Shown: positions 6,792 to 11,534 of the stretch, piece by piece
Layout: each line of letters opens with the position of its first letter
Numbering within the stretch: position 1 is the first letter of the stretch
From: Pseudomonadota bacterium
GTDB lineage: Bacteria > UBA10199 > 2-02-FULL-44-16 > JBDRGF01
Direction of reading: 5' to 3'
Assembly: GCA_043818055.1 (NCBI GenBank)
Contig: JBDRGF010000082.1
Location: 1 to 11,534 of the forward strand
Length of the DNA: 11,534 bases
The notes under the pieces: generated by a model
Seen by the model: the letters and a program-made list of their open reading frames with translations, nothing else
The model's database searches: none
What the model was told of the DNA's origin: nothing
Translations under genes and position numbers: made by a program

Positions 6792-8285
6792 ATGGCTAAA
6801 GATGGAAAAATTAAAGGCGTAAAGAATGGGCCATTTCCTCCTGCATCCCGACGGGTTAAGCTGTTACGGAGGAAGAAACCGACCACTCAAAAGGCTCCCA
6901 AAAAGCTTTTCGATCGGAGTAGAATCGAGACCAAAAAATACCCTACCAATTGCCATGTGTCGTGGCCTAAAGGGGTCATTCATACCGAGGTAGAACCTAG
7001 CATAAAATGTGTTAATTTTTTTAAGAGAAGCGATTACTTTCGAATCATTCCTGGCCTTAAGATGTCGCCTGTTGAGTTGCTTACTTTTGCAGAGGATGCG
7101 GGGCTCTCTCTCCAAGATGTCGGCTTCGAGAAATCGGTTATGAATTTGCTCGCCTTGAGGAATGGTAATAAGGCTCAGATTATCATCAACGTTCTCAAGA
7201 AGAATCTCATCGTGCAGCACAAAGGCAAATTGCGAAAGACATTTGTGAAGGATGATATCTACATGCGAGTGATGCTCTTTTTTCGAAATATCACAGTTGG
7301 CAAGGGTGAGTTTAAGTGTGTTGAGTTAGGCCAAGGCAGCTTGGCAGCTGCTAAATGTGGTGACCTGACGCTCAGACCGGTGGGTGATCTGTTGAGCGTT
7401 ATCCCAGGTCTTTTGATGACGCCCAAAGAGGTTCTTGCATTGAACAAAGCCCTTAAAATTTCCGATGAAGATTTTACTCTGAGATATACAGAGACTAATT
7501 TGAAGAGACGTCTATTCCAAGGCGATATGGGTGAGGTTGTAATGAACCTAATCTTTGTTGATTATTTTGTTGAGAATAGAAATGTTGTTTGGAAGCATCT
7601 GGGGGAGGAACGAAGTAAACTGCTCTATCGTCACTTTGACGATGAAAAGTTGGTTGAGCCAGGTTGGTGCAAAAAGACATGGGATGGAATTACAGATCGC
7701 ACAGCTTGGAAGGAATTTTTAATTGGATCTGCAACCCTTTATGCTCTATTTGGTTCTAAAGGAATTATTAGGTGGTGGCACAAAAGGGGTATCAATGATG
7801 ACGATAACGATCAAAAACCGCCTCCACCGTCTCCACCACCTGTAGAGCAGAAGACACCTCGTCCGAAAAAACCGATGTTTCTTCCTGACCCTGAGAGTAG
7901 GTATCGCATTACAGTCGATTGGTCCTATAAACCGAGCCCTGTTTCAGTTTTTAAATCAACTCCGATTCCGATTCACCTCATTCCACACACTGCGCCAGTT
8001 ACGATGGCAAGTGCGTCACCGATAATGGGTGCAGCGATGGCAACAGCTAAAGTCGGTTTGAGTTCTGAGGTCGTTCGTCAAACTGCGAAGAATGTTGCAA
8101 AGGTTGGATTTTGGGCAACACTCGCTGCAGGTGCAGTAAAAGTTTTCAGCACAGTTAAAACTGTTGCGTTTGGATTTGCAAGAGCTTTACCATCGATAAT
8201 GTTTCGCGCTGGTAATGCAGCGGCTAGCGGAGTACTTCCGCCTGTATTTATTGTGCCAGAAAAGTACCAAACATTTAAAGGATAA
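6792..8285 (+). CDS. Paralogue A: hypothetical single-TM protein with two Cys-pair repeat domains, a Pro-rich linker and a conserved C-terminal tail
   Basis: Long ORF. The track starts at TTG 6771, but ATG 6792 follows the SD-like AAGAGGA at 6781-6787. Clear similarity to the next two ORFs. Repeats start at about 6945 and 7311, TM at about 7716-7769, then KPPPPSPPPV, and the tail at 8100-8282. Confidence 0.9.
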   Translation: MAKDGKIKGVKNGPFPPASRRVKLLRRKKPTTQKAPKKLFDRSRIETKKYPTNCHVSWPKGVIHTEVEPSIKCVNFFKRSDYFRIIPGLKMSPVELLTFAEDAGLSLQDVGFEKSVMNLLALRNGNKAQIIINVLKKNLIVQHKGKLRKTFVKDDIYMRVMLFFRNITVGKGEFKCVELGQGSLAAAKCGDLTLRPVGDLLSVIPGLLMTPKEVLALNKALKISDEDFTLRYTETNLKRRLFQGDMGEVVMNLIFVDYFVENRNVVWKHLGEERSKLLYRHFDDEKLVEPGWCKKTWDGITDRTAWKEFLIGSATLYALFGSKGIIRWWHKRGINDDDNDQKPPPPSPPPVEQKTPRPKKPMFLPDPESRYRITVDWSYKPSPVSVFKSTPIPIHLIPHTAPVTMASASPIMGAAMATAKVGLSSEVVRQTAKNVAKVGFWATLAAGAVKVFSTVKTVAFGFARALPSIMFRAGNAAASGVLPPVFIVPEKYQTFKG

Positions 8286-8310
8286 TTTTTGGAGATAAAA
8301 ATATGCCACC
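8015..8310 (+). repeat. 296-bp direct repeat, copy 1 (3' end of paralogue A, intergenic spacer and first codons of B)
   Basis: Ungapped match to 9430-9725 (offset 1415); 15 mismatches counted by hand, about 95% identity. Confidence 0.95.
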
Positions 8311-9700
8311 TGAAAAGGTAAATTTAAATAGAGCAACTTCAAGACCTGTTAAGGTATTCGTTGGGAAGGGTCCAGGGAAGAGTCGTGAGGTTAAAGAGAA
8401 GAGAGCTTCATCACGTGCAACCTCATTCGAGAGGAAGAGTGAATCTTTTAAGTGTAAAGATATTACAGTCAACGGCTTTAGCTTAATTAGGTGTGGAGGG
8501 GTTAGAAGTCGGCGTGCTAGTGCAAAAATGATTCGAATGCCCGATGTAAAATTTATACCAAGTGAGATCGTCTCTTTTGTAAAGGAGATCAATGCTACAC
8601 TTGATGATGTGGGTTATTCCAACGATTTTGAAAATATGAAGGGGCTTTTGAGCGGAAAGCCTGGTGAGATAGTTCTTAACTCATCCTTCGATTTTGTCAT
8701 CAAATATAAAAAAGCAAACTTGATCAAACTACTTGGAGATTCGCGTGTGAATAGGATTCTTGCTGCTTTGAAAAGAGAGAAAAGTACTTTCACATGTAAA
8801 CGTAATGGTGCTGTGAAATGTGGTCCTCTCACATTGAGAAATGCGAATAAAACGATGACGGTTATACCTAAGTTATTTATGATGCCAGCTGAGGTGGTCG
8901 CTTTTAATAAAACATTCGGGTTTACTGATAGAATCTTTTCTTTAAGAAATTCCGCTTCCAATATAAAAAGGATTAACGATGGGAAAACAGGTGAAGTTGT
9001 TTTAAATCTCGAATATGCAAAGGATATTCGAAAGGATTGGAAGAGAGCTGAGAATTTGCTCGATAAGCATTACAAACTAAGTAAAAAACAGCAAAAGAGA
9101 AGTGAGATTCTTTATAGTTTTTTAATACGCAAGCATGCGATTGAAAAAACTATTTATGCAGAGCTCTATGATTGTGCCACTGATGGTAAGATGTGGTTTT
9201 GGTCTTTTATGTATGGTACAATACTTTACATTGTTTTTAAGCCTGAATTACCAAAGGGGCCTCCGTCATCAGGGAGTGATGAACCAAGGCCTGCAAATCC
9301 AACCTCACCTGATAATAATTATCGTAGATTACTTTGGGAGCCTTCAAAGGTGAAATATCCTATTTTTAAACCCGCATCCATTCCTGTCCATGTAGTGCCA
9401 CATACCGTTCCCATCACTATTGCAAACGAGTCACCGATAATGGGTGCAGCGATGGCAACAGCTAAAGTCGGTTTGAGTTCTGAAGTCGTTCGTCAAACTG
9501 CGAAGAAGGCTGCTAAGATTGGATTTTGGGCAACACTCGCTGCAGGTGCAGTAAAAGTTTTCAGCACAGTTAAAACTGTTGCGTTTGGATTTGCAAGAGC
9601 TTTGCCATCAATGATGTTTCGCGCTGGTAATGCAGCAGCTAGCGGAGTGCTTCCGCCTGTATTTGTTGTGCCAGAAGAGTGCCAAACATTTGAAGGATAA
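8303..9700 (+). CDS. Paralogue B: hypothetical single-TM protein, same architecture
   Basis: 465-aa ORF, GGAG at 8291-8294 upstream of the ATG. Repeats start at about 8447 and 8789, hydrophobic segment MWFWSFMYGTILYIVF at 9191-9238, tail at 9515-9697. Confidence 0.9.
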   Translation: MPPEKVNLNRATSRPVKVFVGKGPGKSREVKEKRASSRATSFERKSESFKCKDITVNGFSLIRCGGVRSRRASAKMIRMPDVKFIPSEIVSFVKEINATLDDVGYSNDFENMKGLLSGKPGEIVLNSSFDFVIKYKKANLIKLLGDSRVNRILAALKREKSTFTCKRNGAVKCGPLTLRNANKTMTVIPKLFMMPAEVVAFNKTFGFTDRIFSLRNSASNIKRINDGKTGEVVLNLEYAKDIRKDWKRAENLLDKHYKLSKKQQKRSEILYSFLIRKHAIEKTIYAELYDCATDGKMWFWSFMYGTILYIVFKPELPKGPPSSGSDEPRPANPTSPDNNYRRLLWEPSKVKYPIFKPASIPVHVVPHTVPITIANESPIMGAAMATAKVGLSSEVVRQTAKKAAKIGFWATLAAGAVKVFSTVKTVAFGFARALPSMMFRAGNAAASGVLPPVFVVPEECQTFEG

Positions 9701-9725
9701 TTTTTGGAGATAAAGATATGCCACC
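9430..9725 (+). repeat. 296-bp direct repeat, copy 2 (3' end of paralogue B, intergenic spacer and first codons of C)
   Basis: Ungapped ~95% match to 8015-8310. Confidence 0.95.
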
Positions 9726-11133
9726 AGTAAAGATTGCAAAAGAGACTGTTAAGGTTGCCAAAGGAAAACTAGTGCGACCAAATCAGAAATTGAAAGCTCC
9801 TACGTCTCAGAAAACGAAGGTAGTCCCTAGGTTAAATAAACATAAGCCGATGAAGGAAAAATATACTTGTGGTGCTTTTCATGAGGGGAAAAGAAGATTT
9901 CTTGCATGTGACGGAATTCGTCTTTTTGATCCAAAAAGTAATAAGAAGATGGTTTTAATTCCAGGTGTAAAAATGATGCCGAGTGAAGTGATGCAAATTG
10001 CATGGGAGCTGAATTTGTCATTGTACACCGATATTGGATTTCGTGAGGCTCTGTATAATTTAGGCGAGCAAACGGATAATAAACCCGGTCAGGTTGTGAT
10101 GCGAATAAATTCCACAATTTTAAACGCAATCGATTCAAAGAAAGCGAAGCTGCTTAAAATTCTTGGTAAAGAGCGTTTTAGCTTTTTAAAAACTTTTATC
10201 AATAGTCTGAATTTTCCAAAGAATTCCTTCAAGTGTACGGAGGGATCTTCATCTGCGCATTGCGGCAAATTAAAACTGATGCGTGATGGAAATAATGTGG
10301 TTGTTGTTAAAAAACTTTTTCTCACTCCGAATCAGGTAGTAGCTTTAAACAAGGCATTAAAGCTTCCAATTGGTAATCTATCCTTGCTTCATTCTGATCA
10401 TAATATAAATCGATTGCAGAAAGGAGAGGCTGGCAGTGTAGTCGTTAGTTTGAGTTATGCGAAGTTCATCTATGCAAAATATGATGTTATCGAGAAAACG
10501 ATAGGCTCAGAGGGTGCAAAGCGATTCTATGATTGTTTTGTTGAAAATCAGAAGATTAAAAAAGGATGGTGGGATAGTATTAAGGGTGATCTAACTCCTT
10601 CGAAGGTTTATAGGGGAGTAATGCATCTGTTTGAAACATTTCTAGTGTTTGGTGTTATACTTGGATATGTGCAGCGCAAAAAACCTCCTCCTGGAATGCC
10701 TGGTGGTGGCAATTCAGGCGGAGAAAACTCCTCATCACCAGAGAATGGTAATTATAAACGATTACTTTGGGAGCCTTCAAAACAAGCTGCTGCAGCGAGT
10801 CTTACGCTAGCAACCGTGGCAACACATAAAGTTGGACATACTCAAAAATTGACTATGCAATCAAGTGCTCGTGCATCATCAATCGCATTCGGAGGAGCAG
10901 CAGTTGCAACCGGAGTTGTGGCTAAAGAGGTTGTGAAAAAAGCCGCCAAGATCGGTTTCTGGGCAACCCTTGCAGCAGGTGCAGTCAGCGTATTCAGCAA
11001 GGTAAAAACTATAGCCGTTGGTGCGGCAAGGGTTTTACCAAATTTAATGTTGCGTGCAGGAAACGCCGCCGCAAACGGAGTTCTTCCTCCAGTCTTTATT
11101 ATCCCAGAAGAATTTCAATCCCACGAAGGCTAA
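9718..11133 (+). CDS. Paralogue C: hypothetical single-TM protein, same architecture
   Basis: 471-aa ORF, GGAG at 9706-9709 upstream of the ATG. Repeats start at about 9862 and 10228, hydrophobic segment VMHLFETFLVFGVILGYV at 10618-10671 followed by QRKKPPPG, tail at 10948-11130. Confidence 0.9.
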   Translation: MPPVKIAKETVKVAKGKLVRPNQKLKAPTSQKTKVVPRLNKHKPMKEKYTCGAFHEGKRRFLACDGIRLFDPKSNKKMVLIPGVKMMPSEVMQIAWELNLSLYTDIGFREALYNLGEQTDNKPGQVVMRINSTILNAIDSKKAKLLKILGKERFSFLKTFINSLNFPKNSFKCTEGSSSAHCGKLKLMRDGNNVVVVKKLFLTPNQVVALNKALKLPIGNLSLLHSDHNINRLQKGEAGSVVVSLSYAKFIYAKYDVIEKTIGSEGAKRFYDCFVENQKIKKGWWDSIKGDLTPSKVYRGVMHLFETFLVFGVILGYVQRKKPPPGMPGGGNSGGENSSSPENGNYKRLLWEPSKQAAAASLTLATVATHKVGHTQKLTMQSSARASSIAFGGAAVATGVVAKEVVKKAAKIGFWATLAAGAVSVFSKVKTIAVGAARVLPNLMLRAGNAAANGVLPPVFIIPEEFQSHEG

Positions 11134-11163
11134 GATCTAATTATCCCATTCCACGCATTCACG

Positions 11164-11189
11164 GGCGGGCTACCAACCCCGCCTTTTTT
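11164..11189 (+). terminator. Rho-independent terminator ending the paralogue operon
   Basis: Stem GGCGGG (11164-11169) / CCCGCC (11178-11183), 8-nt loop, followed by TTTTTT (11184-11189), starting 30 nt after the stop of paralogue C. Confidence 0.8.
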
Positions 11190-11227
11190 CATCCTGGACT
11201 GATTTTTTTATTACCACCCTCATTTCA

Positions 11228-11256
11228 ACACCGGGTGTCACCCCTACACCCGGTGT
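11228..11256. repeat. Perfect 11-bp inverted repeat (hairpin)
   Basis: ACACCGGGTGT-cacccct-ACACCCGGTGT; no adjacent U-tract on the + strand. Confidence 0.8.
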
Positions 11257-11290
11257 GGGGAAAAAGTCAGCAATTCTCGTGCCATTCCAC

Positions 11291-11320
11291 CCCGCAGGTG
11301 GAACGTTTTCCACCTACGGG
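11291..11320. repeat. 13-bp inverted repeat with one mismatch (hairpin)
   Basis: CCCGCAGGTGGAA-cgtt-TTCCACCTACGGG. Confidence 0.8.
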
Positions 11321-11381
11321 ATGAAAGGAAAAGGTGAATTTAATCTTGAGCCTGAATGAGATTTAGTGTAATTACTTTCGC

Positions 11382-11534
11382 ATGGGGAATGAAACTCAAT
11401 TATGGATAGAAAGGGCAGATTATGATTTGGACACAGCTGAAGCAATGTTGAAGTCTGCTCGCTATCTCTACGTGGCATTTGCCTGTCAACAGGCGGTAGA
11501 AAAGTATCTCAAAGCGATTATTCAGAAAAGGTCT
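11382..11534 (+). CDS. HEPN domain-containing protein, 5' part only (runs off the window); probable HEPN/MNT toxin-antitoxin component
   Basis: Translated by hand, absent from the ORF track: MGNETQLWIERADYDLDTAEAMLKSARYLYVAFACQQAVEKYLKAIIQKRS. It carries the typical HEPN N-terminal pattern W...A..DL..A......Y....F.CQQAVEK.LKA. Confidence 0.85.
   Translation, partial: MGNETQLWIERADYDLDTAEAMLKSARYLYVAFACQQAVEKYLKAIIQKRS

Noticed and set aside
2735..6870. Twin-arginine (Tat) signals: KKRREFFK in ORF2 and SRRVKLL in paralogue A
   Set aside because: Neither is followed by a hydrophobic h-region or a cleavage site.
8018..9441. Internal ACCGATAAT matches (8018-8026 and 9433-9441) as extra sigma-28 promoters
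   Set aside because: They lie in coding sequence (Ser-Pro-Ile-Met) and lack the GCAACTT element at the required distance.
8015..9725. Diversity-generating retroelement template/variable repeat pair
   Set aside because: Both copies are coding, the adenine differences run in both directions, two differences do not involve A, and no reverse transcriptase is in the window.
153..10325. Short alternative-frame and minus-strand ORFs (60-129 aa) in the ORF track
   Set aside because: They overlap the long + strand genes and show no recognisable motifs, consistent with shadow ORFs. 6635-6886 additionally runs antisense across the promoter region.
6629..11140. AGATCTAA just after the stops of ORF2 (palindrome TTAGATCTAA at 6629-6638) and paralogue C (11133-11140)
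   Set aside because: Only 8 bp with two occurrences, too short to support a recombination site or target duplication.
11134..11381. CRISPR array, tRNA or IS end in the hairpin-rich intergenic region
   Set aside because: The hairpins differ in sequence, there is no repeat-spacer periodicity or cloverleaf, and no transposase or cas gene is in the window.

Overview
An AT-rich bacterial region with every supported gene on the + strand. It holds five large CDSs, four of them without a recognisable family, and the 5' part of a HEPN-domain gene at the right edge. ORF1 (1-2397) is a lysine-rich protein with a low-complexity N-terminus. ORF2 (about 2657-6625) is a ~1320-aa protein with one predicted transmembrane helix, followed by a single ClpA/ClpB-type first AAA+ domain. 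That domain has altered Walker A (GSGKD) and Walker B (VYMPE) motifs but keeps the YRG pore loop and the RR finger. Three tandem paralogues follow (6792-8285, 8303-9700, 9718-11133), each built as basic N-terminus / two copies of a ~115-aa Cys-pair domain / TM helix / Pro-rich linker / conserved 61-aa amphipathic tail. The array shows mosaic sequence exchange, including a ~95%-identical 296-bp duplication. ORF2 and the paralogue array share an identical bipartite upstream motif, TAGCAACTT-N12-AACCGATAATA, resembling a sigma-28 (FliA-family) promoter, and each copy has an IHF-like site upstream. A Rho-independent terminator and two GC-rich hairpins separate the array from the HEPN gene. My working hypothesis (inference only) is a co-regulated module of signal-peptide-less membrane proteins, pairing a membrane-anchored rewired Clp ATPase domain with a diversifying paralogue family. 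No database search was possible, so novelty is unverified.
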